A stretch of 61,833 nucleotides of DNA, filler included, from Nemertoderma westbladi (GCA_032718475.1; 3 parts of 3 records of this genome joined end to end with filler, not necessarily neighbours in it); one strand, 5' to 3'; positions 1-11,621 are shown, numbered from the whole stretch's first letter. Translations and numbers: made by a program. Notes: a model not told the origin generated them from the sequence alone.

Positions 1-69
1 TCTTCACCATCAGAGACTGATGAGTATATAACAGTAGATAATATATCAGACAATTCAAATGAAACTGAA

Positions 70-913
70 ATGGATCCTACTTACTCATACAGCATAAAGG
101 AAAAGAAAGGTGAATCCCTACAAGGAAGTCAGGTACCAACAAACATAAGAAAAGACTCTGTAATAATCACAAACCCATCAGTGAAATGTCCCTCTACTCT
201 AGAACAAGTCCTCAAAAACAATGAGACCTGGCAAGAACCAAAAAGATCTGCCAAACCAACCTTCAAATCAAAGATCCAGATGCAGCACAACATTAAGACT
301 GAAAACAAATATAGTGAACTAGATAATGATACCAAAATTACCATACTTCCACAACAACTGACTGATTTCTTGGTGAATCTAAATAATGTTTCCAAAGAAA
401 CTGTCAATCTAAGAAAATCACAAGGTAGTAGCAAGAATGAACACAACAACTTTAAGCAACATCAAACGAGATACGAACAAGAAACCCAACGAAGCACCCC
501 TTCCAACAAACGGAAGCAGTAGAAGCAGCACAGATATGAAGCGGAATAATAAAGGGTTTGATCTACACTACAAAACCTCTAGGGATTCATACTGGCACAA
601 TAACAATCAAGCCAACTATAATGGTAATCAATATAAATCTATCCTGCAAGATAATAATAGGCATACGGAGTATGTGAGGAACTCTTGGAGACATGCCCCA
701 GAATCATCTCGACACCAAAGTCAAACATACCAGCAGTATCAGAAGAACAGAGTGAGTAGACATGATTATCCACATCAACACTTCCCAAACCCTCATCTAA
801 GAGACCAATCTGAACATACCTCGTACCCCAGTAATGACCAATGTGACATAACCTATGACAACAGGTATTACAACCGATCCAACAGAAGTCATATGGCTAG
901 GAATCGTTTTTAA
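70..913 (+). other. Two overlapping low-complexity ORFs (Asn/Gln/Ser/His-rich), possibly a decayed retroelement ORF1 tail; function unknown
   Basis: ORFs 70-522 and 437-913 overlap in different frames. No recognisable domain. Confidence 0.2.
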
Positions 914-1816
914 GCTGGCTCCGAGTATCACAACTGGAGACCTAAATTTCAAAAATGCTGGAAATACGAGTAATATTTTGCAGAGAAGTGAAATCAGTCT
1001 TACTCAGTTTTTAAGACTTGCATTTTAATTTTCACATTTTTTACTCAAAATAGATAGATAGACAATTTGTTGTCAAAGAATAGTTAAGGAATGTCTCGCA
1101 AAGTTTATTCATGGGATTTTTCAGTGAATCTAATTTCGCAATAAAAAAATGTCAAATTAATAGTGCTAAAACCCAGCATCACTCTGTAGAACCAATATAT
1201 TATAAAAAATGTAATATACTATATTAACACTGACACATTGACTTACCTATACATAGTTGCAACACTACAGTGTATACATGAGACATTGTTTCATAATGTT
1301 ACATATCGAATAACACTATTACTGCTATATCTAGCACATACTCACAACAATCAATACCCTACATCTAAACATTAATTATCATTCCATCTTATATTCAAAC
1401 GTAATTAACCTGTCAATATTGTACTGATAATGTATGTAGAACAAGTAAATTATTATTATTAGTTAGATGTATTTCGTATTAATTAATATGCATTTTATGC
1501 TATCGAAATCATTAGAATAATTGGATCTCGTTGGTAACATATGCTATAGTATAGAATTCAATGAACAATAATTTATAATTGATACTACCACAAGCTATTT
1601 GTAAACATCTGCGACCAGTTATGATGAATAAATCGATATTGAATAATTATTACTTGGCATTCAACAGCTATAACTCGGATATTTATCGCCTTTTTCTCTC
1701 GAGGTTGGGTGGAAGAGTGGGTGACGAGTTGTGAGGAGTTATAACAGTCCCGAGTTCGAACCCGGTTGAATATTTTGTTATCTGAAAAATTGCGAAATTA
1801 AATTTAGTTACTGGTG

Positions 1817-2065
1817 AAAAATAGTAGAAGTTACCTGTAGACACCTCTAGCGTCTGTAAAATAAAGGTTGGTAAATATGAAAATACTGGTTGCTGAAAAA
1901 TAGCGATTTGAAAAATAGTAGACGTTACCTGTAGACACTCGTAGCACCTGTAAAATAAAGGTTGGTAAATATGAAAATACTGGTTGCTGAAAAATTGCGA
2001 TTTGAAAAATAGTAGAAGTTACCTGATGCTAAGTGTAGACACTCGAACACCTGTAAAATAAAGGC
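1817..2065. repeat. ~94 bp tandem repeat, about 2.5 copies
   Basis: AAAATAGTAGA(A/C)GTTACCTG...CTGTAAAATAAAGG recurs at ~1817, ~1912 and ~2006. Confidence 0.8.
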
Positions 2066-2663
2066 TTATGATTGGATGCAGTACTAGAGTTGGGTGACTA
2101 ATAACGCCTCTAGCGGAATAAGCGGGAACTTGAGAAGTTACCATGGTTACGGATGAAATGCTGACATCTGATTGGTTGAAATAATAACGACCACCGCAAA
2201 AGGTTGAAATGGTGGCTTCTGATTGGCTGCAGTACCAGAAATGGATGGTAATGATGGGCTACGGGTGACCATGTGCCCGTGTCATAGCATTGTATACTAC
2301 TAATGTGTTTGGAGCAATTTAATTTCATCGCTGTTTAATGTTTACACGTGGCAACTTTACCAGCAACTTCACCAGCAAAGTGGCCGGAAACTTTTATAGC
2401 AACTTGGCTATTTTGACTGTAAAATAGTGGGTACTGGTTCAGTATGCATACACCTCTCACCAAATTAAATATTTACTAGCTAGTTTTTGATAATTTATTT
2501 TTTTTGAAATTTAGCCATTTTATTTTGAAAAAATTAATGTTCTTTTTTTAGACAAAGGCCTGGTTAGTATTTAAAAAGAACGGGATGGATATAATACGTA
2601 TATAAAATGAATAAAATAACTTTTTAGGCCGCGTTCACACTACCGAGTCAAAGTCAAAGTTAA

Positions 2664-4169
2664 CCCTATTAAACCTGGGGGGGGAGGGGGCCAATATGAC
2701 CCCTCCCCCGTGGTTTTTTTATTATAATTCTGAAACAAACGCAGTTGGGAATCTGAAATTTTATGACTTTTCCTAAAAATCTATTGTATTCCTAGTAGTG
2801 AAAACCGTTTTCAAAAATATTGGGTAGTTTTCGAGTTATAGCACCATTTTTTGACCCTACTTTTAGCACTTTTTTTGAGACGTTTTTTGAAAATTACATT
2901 TCATCAAATATGAATTGTAACATCTCTATTTTTTATTTACACCGGTTTTTGGTCTTAGCAATTGGATTGAATTCATATAAATTGATTTAGAAATTTCAAA
3001 CTTGTTTTTTTCGGCGGGTGTCAAATTTTGGTGCCAGCACCAAATTTTGAAATATGTCAATTTTGTAAATTGATTGTTTGAAACTTATTTTTTACGCAAT
3101 TGGGGTTTTTTGGGGTTCTGGTTTCGATGAAATATATACGAGTTGCACCAAGCGTATCAAACTTGTATTTTTCGGTGCTGTGTGCAAATGTTGATGCTAG
3201 CACGAAATTTTGAAAATCCATTCAATAGATAAAACTGCTTGTGACAATTTATTTCTTGCATTTTAGAGGTTTATGGCTGTTCTGAATTCAATGGAATATA
3301 TAATTATTGAACTAGACATCTCAAACATGTATTTTTCGGAAGTGGGTGCAAAATGTGGTGCTAGCACCAAATTTTGAAAACCATCAAATATATCAATTGA
3401 TTGTGCCATCTTGTTTCTTGCGTTATACGGGTTTGTTAGGGTTCTGAATTCAATAGAAACAGTAAAAATTTCATAAGAGTTTTCAAACTTGTATTTTTCG
3501 CCGGTGGGTGAAAATTGCTGTGGCAGCACCAAATTTTGGAAAATGAGTAAATTGATCAGTAGATAGTATCATCTTGTTTCTTGCGTTATACGGGTTTATG
3601 AGGGTCCTGAATCCGATGGAATCAATAAAAACAGCACTGGACATCGCAAACTTGTACTTTTTGGTGATGGGTACGAAATTTGGTGCTAGCACCAAAATCT
3701 GTCAAATTACGCCGAAAATACAAGTAGCAATGATCTGGCATATTTGAAATGTATTCCATTAGAATCAGCGCCCTAGAAAACCGGAAAATGTGAATTTATA
3801 GCATCATATAAGTGAATTAAACATTTTGTGTTCTAACTGAAAAGTACTGGTTACTTGTTTTTTCATTTTTTTCCTACGCAGAGAGGACTAAACAGCCATT
3901 TATGGTAATCATATCATTTTTAAATATTTTCCAATGTATTTTGCGCCCAAGAAAACCTATATTGAAAAACAATTAGCCGAAAAAGGTAACTTTCAAATTT
4001 TGTGAAAATTGTGCACTACTTGTAATTTTGGTGCTGCAATATTACCACCCCAGTAAATTCAGACGTTTTCGTTAATATTTGTAGATTTTAGAGGGATGGG
4101 TCAATATGACCCCCCCCCCCCCCCCCCCGTGGTATTTGTACAGCATTTTATAGCCCGGTACTAATAGGG
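2664..4169. mobile_element. Non-autonomous piggyBac-like element
   Basis: TTAA|CCCTATTA ... TAATAGGG|TTTTAA termini. The subterminal motif CAATATGACCCC..CCCGTGGT occurs near both ends. No transposase ORF. Confidence 0.7.
2996..3700. repeat. Diverged ~162 bp tandem repeat (~4.5 copies) inside the piggyBac-like element
   Basis: CAAACTTGTATTTTTCGG...GGTGCTAGCACCAAATTTTG recurs at ~2996, 3157, 3321, 3483 and 3645. Confidence 0.8.
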
Positions 4170-4699
4170 TTTTAAAAGACAAAATGCGTAAAACATATCA
4201 CATGAAATTAATTTTTTCTAGAATGCCCTTATGTATTATATTAGGCCTATATAATGTATTATTATTTATTATTGCTAGCTAGCTATATTTATTTTCTTTT
4301 GAATTTGACCTTGACTTTGACTCGGTAGTGTAAACGTGGTCTTAAAATTTTTGAAATTTTTCAATTAAATTATCATGATATCTAGTAAAATTTATGGTAG
4401 CTAATAAATAATAAAAGCAATGATTAAAGTAATTTCAACAAGAAATTTTTTTTTTTAATTTTATATTTTTATTGTTTCTCTAGCTAATAAAAAGTACTAG
4501 CTAACACAAAATCAAAATTTCTAGCTACAATCTTACTGTCAAAATGTCAAATGTTCTAGAATAAAAACCTCATGATAAAAGCTATTTTTCAACAGAAAAA
4601 ATTGGACTTCTGGATTTCTCTCACAAAAAAACCGCTTTATCTAATACTGTTTAATTTAATTTGAATATATTTATAAAAACCTTTAAAAAGGATTGTCCC

Positions 4700-5075
4700 A
4701 TACAATACAATATTCCATTGGAGCCACTAAAATTCAAAATGACCTCTATTGGACACTGTTCATAAAGGGCCACCAAAATATGAAATGGCTCTTACAAGAC
4801 ATTGTCCATTAGAGCCACTTAAATATGAAATATATTTCATATATATTAGGCAATTTTCCCTTAAAGCCATTCAAATCTGAAATGGCCCATATTGGATAGT
4901 GTCGCTTGGAGCCACTCAACTATAATGTGGCCCGATATTAGCCAATTTTTATCAAACGCCTTTGAAAAGGCAATGGCCCATGCAAGACCATGTTCCATTT
5001 GAGCCAAAAGTTCAAAATGGCCTTAATTAGTCACTGTTCATAAAGGGCCACTAAAAAATATAATGGTTCTTCCAA
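4700..5075. repeat. Degenerate ~45 bp tandem repeat
   Basis: (G/A)(A/G)GCCACT..AAA....AAATGGCC motif at roughly 45 bp spacing. Confidence 0.55.
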
Positions 5076-5267
5076 GCAGGAGATAACTTCCAATAAACTT
5101 TAATTAGATTTAAAAATGTATAATTAATACTGTGTACCAGTGTACCTGTTAATAAATTTCACTTATATTCGATATAGTACATGATTGAAATGTATAAATG
5201 AGCAACCATAAAATCCTTTCTTCACAAACCGAACGCTGATAAGTTGACATAATGTAACAAAATTACA

Positions 5268-5408
5268 TACATCATTGCTTGCAAAGGTCACTTTTCAGCG
5301 TTAAATACCCCTGTTTATTTATGTAAACTTCCCTCGCTGCGCTCGCTCGGTACATAAATAAACTCGGGTCATAACGCTGCAAAGTGCTACTTTGCACACA
5401 ATGATGTA
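5268..5408. mobile_element. Imperfect palindromic non-autonomous element (hairpin MITE)
   Basis: TACATCATTG...GTTTATTTATGTA and TACATAAATAAAC...CAATGATGTA arms surround a central CCCTCGCTGCGCTCGCTCGG. Confidence 0.6.
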
Positions 5409-6610
5409 AATAGTTATTCGATTTAATTAATACGGGATAAAATTCACATTATATTTAATAGGCCTATACTGTAGATAATTGTTACATTAGGGTAAGAGGC
5501 AAAACGTCTACATTTATGTCTCCAATATATGAATTACTGGTGGGGGATGGAATTCGTAGGGGTCGTAAGATGTATTTAGGCTAGTCTATAAACTAATCCC
5601 CCACCAATGACAAAATGTTAATAATGAAGTGTATAGTACGCGAAATAGTCATAAGTTATCCTTCCTAGAAGTACCGAACGGTCATACATTATTTCTTAAA
5701 AAAGCACAAATTTTAATCGCTTGTCAGTGAGAATTTATTAAAACCTGTTGTTATTTGCAGTATTGTTATTTACAATTTAACATATTTTGTTTGCACAAGT
5801 TTCGATCTTCAAACGGCTGAGACATCCAAATAGTGGCGCAAATTGACCATTAGTGAAAAGGTATTGTTTATTGTTTTGGGTAGAAAACACCGCCACTAAT
5901 GTTTGAAATTTAAATAAATTAATTTTTTAAATCATCTAAAAAACACATATTTTGTGTTTCCGGTCACTTTGCGCCATTAGCTCGAGAAATCACATCCGCG
6001 TTTTTGACTGTCGGTCATAAGTGATAATAATTATCTATAACGAAAGACTTAAAATCGTCTAAAAACTACTTATTGTACAACTCATAATCATAAATTACAC
6101 AAAAGTAAATTGTATGCGTTATTGTAGATATATATATTTTTTAAAATATCTGCAAAGGCATTTTTGGCTGTAGAATTAAATTGATAATAAATACTATTGT
6201 TTACCGCTAGGGGTGCAAGTTAAATTCATAAGAACTAAAGGCAATTTCCTTGTAATTGTTTATTTTGGGCCATTATGCCTAGATTGGGCCATTTTGTTCT
6301 AGGTGGGCCATATTTGCCCTAAGAGGACGTGTACCTTTTGGGCCATCGTAGTAGGATTAGGGCCATTGCTCCAAGCCCAAGGCCATTTAAGGGCCATTGG
6401 ACCTTTAAAAGGTGGCCCTAATAGTGGGAAAGCTTATATATATATATATAAACTTGTCAGTCTACTGACTTACAATCATTGAAAGCATACTACTAAGCTT
6501 CAGTAATTAACTTATTCAGTACTGCAGTAGGTGTTAAGCACCAAATCTTAAAAACTAAAAAAAACATTCTCTTTACCGGTATCAAACTGTCCATACACTA
6601 ATGTGTATCT

Positions 6611-6630
6611 CTTACACTACCCCCCCACCA
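6611..6630 (-). promoter_or_regulatory. Polypurine tract and start of the 3' LTR of the Gypsy element
   Basis: The minus strand reads TGGTGGGGGGGTAG|TGTAAG. The LTR begins with TG at 6616; its distal end could not be fixed. Confidence 0.7.
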
Positions 6631-7477
6631 GTAGCGGAGCGTCTTGTAGGTTATATGACTTTATTTTAGGACGAAGGTTAAACTTAACAGTTTTCTTTTT
6701 TCGTTTCTTATAATCGTTTAGTGCTAAATCAAATGCCTTTTTGTATCCCTGAGTTGTTCGGTTATCAATATTTTGTTCAATTGGATTGAAGAGTTTTATG
6801 TTGTTCTCTGGAACAAATCCAATGCGATTAGACCCGTAATAGTGGACAGGAATCTTAGGTATAGATGAGCATTGTTTGTTTTGTAAAGATGGTATTACTA
6901 ATCCAGGCCACGTTGGATATCCATCTTCTTTAGCCATTACAACAAGTCCTGGTTTGAACGTATTTTCGCCGTATTTTCTTGTTGTCATTACAGGTTCTTT
7001 GTTGTTTTTCATAGGTTTGATTTGTATATGTGAGTTATTTGTAGTTGATTTCTCATCATTGTTTGATTTCTCATCATTGTTTTGGATGAAAGCTGGTTTG
7101 GTTCGGTCTATCGAAATCTTTTGAGTCCTTCCTTTAATTTCAACTGTTACAGTTTTTTCATCGCGTTCTAGAACAACATATGGACCAGTATATCGATCAC
7201 TGAGTGAAGATTTGACGCGTTCATTTCTAATCCAAATGTTATTTGCAGTTTCAAGTGATTTTGGGATATATGTTTTTTTATTGAATTGTCTCTCTGGGGC
7301 TCTATAGGAATCCATAGTTTTAAATAAATTATTCATATAGTCAGGAAGACTCTTTTGTTCATTTGTTTCGGTTGGCGCAAAAAATTGCTGGGGTAGATCG
7401 ATTGTACCACCATATACCATTTGTGTTGCAGTATATCCATCAGGAGCAATACTATTGCGTAATCCAAGTAATACCAT
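6617..7477 (-). mobile_element. Ty3/Gypsy pol 3' fragment: integrase C-terminal region with GPY/F module fused in frame to a PWWP domain
   Basis: MVLLGLR...MVYGGTIDLPQQFF (end of integrase core) and IWIRNERVKSSLSDRYTGPYVVL...ISIDRTKPAF (GPY/F module). Then FKPGLVVMAKEDGYPTWPG...KIPVHYYGSNRIGFV (PWWP, ~6715-6958). The ORF runs into the polypurine tract. Confidence 0.85.
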
Positions 7478-7650
7478 CGCAACTCCTTTAACAGATTTGA
7501 CTCGTTTTGTAGATAAAACAAACAAACTTAAACCTTTAGAATGGAATGATACAGCTGAGAAAGCCTTCTTTGATTTGAAAGAAATGTTAAAAAACTCAGT
7601 TACACTGGCATTTCCTGATTCAACTGCAAAATTAGAACTAACAACTGATT
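7476..7650 (+). pseudogene. Gypsy RT connection / RNase H-start fragment, inverted relative to the adjacent integrase
   Basis: IATPLTDLTR...LEWNDTAEKAFFDLKEMLKNSVTLAFPDSTAKLELTTD matches the typical Gypsy pattern just before TDAS. Confidence 0.8.
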
Positions 7651-7694
7651 TTATTTACCGAGCGTAGCGCTGCCAATAAAGATTTGAGAGCATA

Positions 7695-7816
7695 AGTAGT
7701 AGAGGAAGAGGGCTCCCCCACGTAGCCCTCCCTAGCTTGGTCTATAGTCCTCCGAGATATCTCCCATAGACCAAGCTAGGGAGGGCTACGTGGGGGAGGC
7801 CTCTTCCTCTACTACT
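7695..7816. mobile_element. Short palindromic MITE / hairpin
   Basis: AGTAGTAGAGGAAGAGGGCTCCCCCACGTAGCCCTCCCTAGCTTGGTCTAT and its near-perfect reverse complement flank a ~20 nt loop. Confidence 0.8.
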
Positions 7817-8350
7817 AGCATAGTGAGTGAGTAAAGTCCTACGTTTGTTTCCTTTGCAATACGTGATTTTTTTTTATTAAATTGTTGTTTTTTTCCACGA
7901 TATGAGATATCTGGCATATATTTTCATATATTTATGAAATAGAAAGTACAGAGTCTCGATGGAATCCGAGTTTGTTTCAAACTGTTTCAGACATTTAATA
8001 ATTAGCTAATTAATAAATAAATTAATAATTAGCTAACAACTGCCAGATAATTAACATTTTGAAAATATTTATAAAAAATCTTGTTAGTATAAAAATTGAC
8101 GGTGTGTTGAGAAGAAACTGGCACTTGCAGATTAGGGGGTCCCCTATTAGCCACTAGTGTAGTGCGGGAAAACTGGCTAGTAGTATAGTGTAAAACAAGG
8201 TTTAACGGGCATTTAAAAAGAAGTTGATTTATTAATGGGTTTTATATGAAAGGAGTGGAAAATAAGTACAATTTAATAAAACAAATATTTATTTTTTATA
8301 ATTAATTACTATAGCTAGCTGGCAGATATAAAAAAATAATAAAAACTGCG

Positions 8351-9209
8351 ACCCAAAGGTACGTAATGTACTGCACTCACCCAAAGGTACGTAAGGTACT
8401 GCACTCACCCAAAGGTGCGTAATGTACTGCACTCACCCAAATGTACATAAGGTACTGCACTCACCCAAAGGTACGTAAGGTACTGCACTCACCCAAATGT
8501 ACGTAAGGTACTGCACTCACCCAAAGGTACGTAAGGTACTGCACTCACCCAAAGGTACGTAAGGTACTACACTCACCCAAATGTACATAAGGTACTGCAC
8601 TCACCCAAAGGTACGTAAGGTACTGCACTCACCCAAAGGTACGTGAGGTACTACACTCACCCAAATGTACGTAAGGTACTGCACTCACCCAAAGGTACGT
8701 AAGGTACTGCACTCACCCAAATGTACGTAAGGTACTGCACTCACCCAAAGGTACGTAAGGTACTGCACTCACCCAAAGGTACGTAATGTACTGCTCTCAC
8801 CCAAAGGTACGTAATGTACTGCACTCACCCAAAGGTGCGTAATGTACTGCACTCAACCAAATGTACATAAGGTACTGCACTCACCCAAAGGTACGTAAGG
8901 TACTGCACTCACCCAAAGGTACGTAAGGTACTGCACTCACACAAAGGTACGTAATGTACTGCACTCACCCAAAGGTGCGAAATGTACTACACTCACCCAA
9001 AGGTACGTAAGGTACTGCACTCACCCAAAGGTACGTAAGGTACTGCACTCACCCAAAGGTACGTAAGGTACTGCACTCACCCAAAGGTACGTAAGGTACT
9101 GCACTCACCCAAAGGTCATAAGGTACTGCACTCACCCAAAGGTACGTAAGGTACTGCACTCACCCAAATGTACGTAAGGTACTGCACTCACCCAAAGGTA
9201 CGTAATGTA
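8351..9209. repeat. 28 bp minisatellite, ~30 copies
   Basis: Unit ACCCAAAGGTACGTAAGGTACTGCACTC. Confidence 0.95.
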
Positions 9210-9740
9210 CTCCCTTTTGTACTTGGGTGATGGGGGGGGGGGTCTCCCTTTTGTACTTGGGGTGGGTGGGTCTCCCTTTTGTACTTGGGGGTCACCCTTT
9301 TGTACTTGGGGGGGGGGGGGGGTCTCCCTTTTGTACTTGGGGGTCACCCTTTTGTACTTTGGGGGTCTCCCTTTTGTACTTGGGGGGTCTCCCTTTTGTA
9401 CTTGTGGGGTCTCCCTTTTGTACTTGGGGTGTCTCCCTTTTGTACGTGGGGGGTCTCCCTTTTGTACTTAGAGGGTCTCCCTTTTGTACTTGGGGGGTCT
9501 CCCTTATGTACTTGGGGGGTCTCCCTTTTGTACTTGGGAGTGGGGGGTATCCCTTTTGTACTTGGGGTGGATCTCCCTTTTGTACTTGGGGGTCACTCAT
9601 TTGTACTTGGGGGGGTCTCCCTTTTGTACTTGGGGGGGTCTCCCTTTTGTACTTGGGGGGGTCTCCCTTTTGTACTTGAAGGGGTTTCCCCTTTGTACTT
9701 GGGGGGGTTTCCCTTTTGTACTTGGGGGGTCTCCCTTTTG
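9205..9740. repeat. ~24-26 bp minisatellite with variable G-run, ~21 copies
   Basis: Unit GGGGGTCTCCCTTTTGTACTTG(G)n. Confidence 0.95.
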
Positions 9741-9977
9741 AACTGGTCTCCCATAACCGGGTCTCCCATCTCCGGTCTCCGTTGTGTACTCACCCTTAGA
9801 GAACACACTTATACATATCGTTTAGTAATATAAAACTATATTGCTGTTATTAAAGAAAATTGTGAATAAATATAAAACCAGTTTATATAATTGTAAAGTA
9901 ATCATCTAAAGCTGTAAAAATAATATTATAATATAATCACTTAAAATTTAAAAATATATATCAAGAGTTTTAACATC

Positions 9978-10700
9978 AAATTTATTGGCACAAACTTACA
10001 GTAGCGTTAGTACAAATTTATTGGCACAAACTTACAGTAGCGTTAGTACAAATTTATTGGCACAAACTTACAGTAGCGTTAGTACAAATTTATCGGCACA
10101 AACTTACAGTAGCGTTAGTACAAATTTATTGGCACAAACTTACAGTAGCGTTAGTACAAATTTATTGGCACAAACTTACAGTAGCGTTAGTACGAATTTA
10201 TTGGCACAAACTTACAGTAGCGTTAGTACAAATTTATTGGCACAAACTTACAGTAGCGTTAGTACAAATTTATCGGCACAAACTTACAGTAGCGTTAGTA
10301 CAAATTTATCGGCACAAACTTACAGTAGCGTTAGTACAAATTTATTGGCACAAACTTACAGTAGCGTTAGTACGAATTTATTGGCACAAACTTACAGTAG
10401 CGTTAGTACAAATTTATCGGCACAAACTTACAGTAGCGTTAGTACAAATTTATCGGCACAAACTTACAGTAGCGTTAGTACAAATTTATTGGCACAAACT
10501 TACAGTAGCGTTAGTACGAATTTATTGGCACAAACTTACAGTAGCGTTAGTACAAATTTATCGGCACAAACTTACAGTAGCGTTAGTACAAATTTATCGG
10601 CACAAACTTACAGTAGCGTTAGTACAAATTTATTGGCACAAACTTACAGTAGCGTTAGTACGAATTTATTGGCACAAACTTACAGTAGCGTTAGTACAAA
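9978..10700. repeat. 36 bp minisatellite, ~20 copies
   Basis: Unit AAATTTAT(T/C)GGCACAAACTTACAGTAGCGTTAGTAC. Confidence 0.95.
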
Positions 10701-10779
10701 ATTATAATATTCATTATCCAGATAATAAAACTCACAAATGTATATAAAGGATGATGGATATATCTTAATGGGTCGTAGC

Positions 10780-10914
10780 ATGTAACAAAAAAGCGTTATT
10801 AGTAACCTGATATGTAACAAAAAAGCGTTATTAGTAACCTGATATGTAACAAAAAAGCGTTATTAGTAACCTGATATGTAACAAAAAAGCGTTATTAGTA
10901 TCCTGATATGTAAC
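10780..10914. repeat. 32 bp tandem repeat, ~4 copies
   Basis: Unit ATGTAACAAAAAAGCGTTATTAGTAACCTGAT. Confidence 0.9.
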
Positions 10915-10987
10915 TATATTAATTGGATAGGGCCATACAACACAAACCACCACTAAATCACATAATAATCATTATTTACGAAATGAT

Positions 10988-11621
10988 TTATCTCTGGTTT
11001 TTGAGGTCATCTAATATCTGGTCCCGAAGTACAAACTTCTTTACCTTACCGGTAATTGTCATTGGCATTTCCTTAACAAATATAATATGTTCTGGAACGG
11101 AGAACTTTTCCAATCGTTCCAATAGGAATTCCTTGAGTTCTTCAACCGAACAGGATTCTCCATCCTTCAGTTTCACGGCGGCTGCTACCTTCTCGCCTAA
11201 CCGTTCGTCCGGTATCCCCACCACCTGGGCGTCCTGCACCTTGGGATGCGAGTAGAATAGATTCTCGACGTCCGTTGCGTGTATATTCTGCCCTCCACGA
11301 ATAATCACGTCTTTGATTCGGCCGGTTGCGATAACGTAACCGTTACTGTCCATAGAACCGGTATCTCCGGTTGACAACCACCCCGATGGATTTATCGCCT
11401 CCTTTGTCTTGACTTCCTCGCCCCAGTAGCCCAACATTATATAGGGCGATCGCACACATATCTCGCCCACTTCATTAATCCTGAGTATTTTGTCTTCCCG
11501 ATCAATTATTTTTAGTTCCGTACCAGGGAACGGTGTTCCGTCGTTACTTAGTCGCATTAGTTCCGTGTCCTCCAACGATCCTACTGTTATACCTATTGAT
11601 GTTTCCGTCATTCCGAATCCC
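10988..11621 (-). CDS. ACSF2: Terminal exon of an acyl-CoA synthetase (ACSF2-like, AMP-binding C-terminal region)
   Basis: GFGMTET, GEICVRSPYIMLGYW, GWLSTGD, GRIKDVIIRGGQNI and PMTITGKVKKF motifs. Splice acceptor TTTTTGCAG immediately 5' of 11621 on the minus strand. Upstream exons not located. Confidence 0.8.

Larger units (their letters stand above)
2627..4341. mobile_element. PIF/Harbinger-like MITE interrupted by a nested piggyBac-like element
   Basis: Left end GGCCGCGTTCACACTACCGAGTCAAAGTCAA and right end TTGACTTTGACTCGGTAGTGTAAACGTGGTC are inverted repeats with 3 mismatches. TTA flanks both ends (2624-2626, 4342-4344), the PIF/Harbinger-type target duplication. Confidence 0.75.

Noticed and set aside
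1700-1772. tRNA gene suggested by a GAGTTCGAACCC B-box
   Set aside because: No cloverleaf or acceptor stem could be formed; at most a decayed tRNA-derived SINE head.
6715-6958. PWWP as an exon of a host HDGF/LEDGF gene
   Set aside because: It is in frame with integrase, no splice boundaries are evident, and it lies between the GPY/F module and the PPT/LTR.
8351-10700. CRISPR-like arrays of 28-36 bp repeats
   Set aside because: Units are head-to-tail with no unique spacers, there are no cas genes, and the context is eukaryotic.
9132-10707. Repetitive ORFs (GSPFCTW..., AQTYSSVSTNLL...)
   Set aside because: Stop-free frames produced by minisatellite periodicity; no coding evidence.
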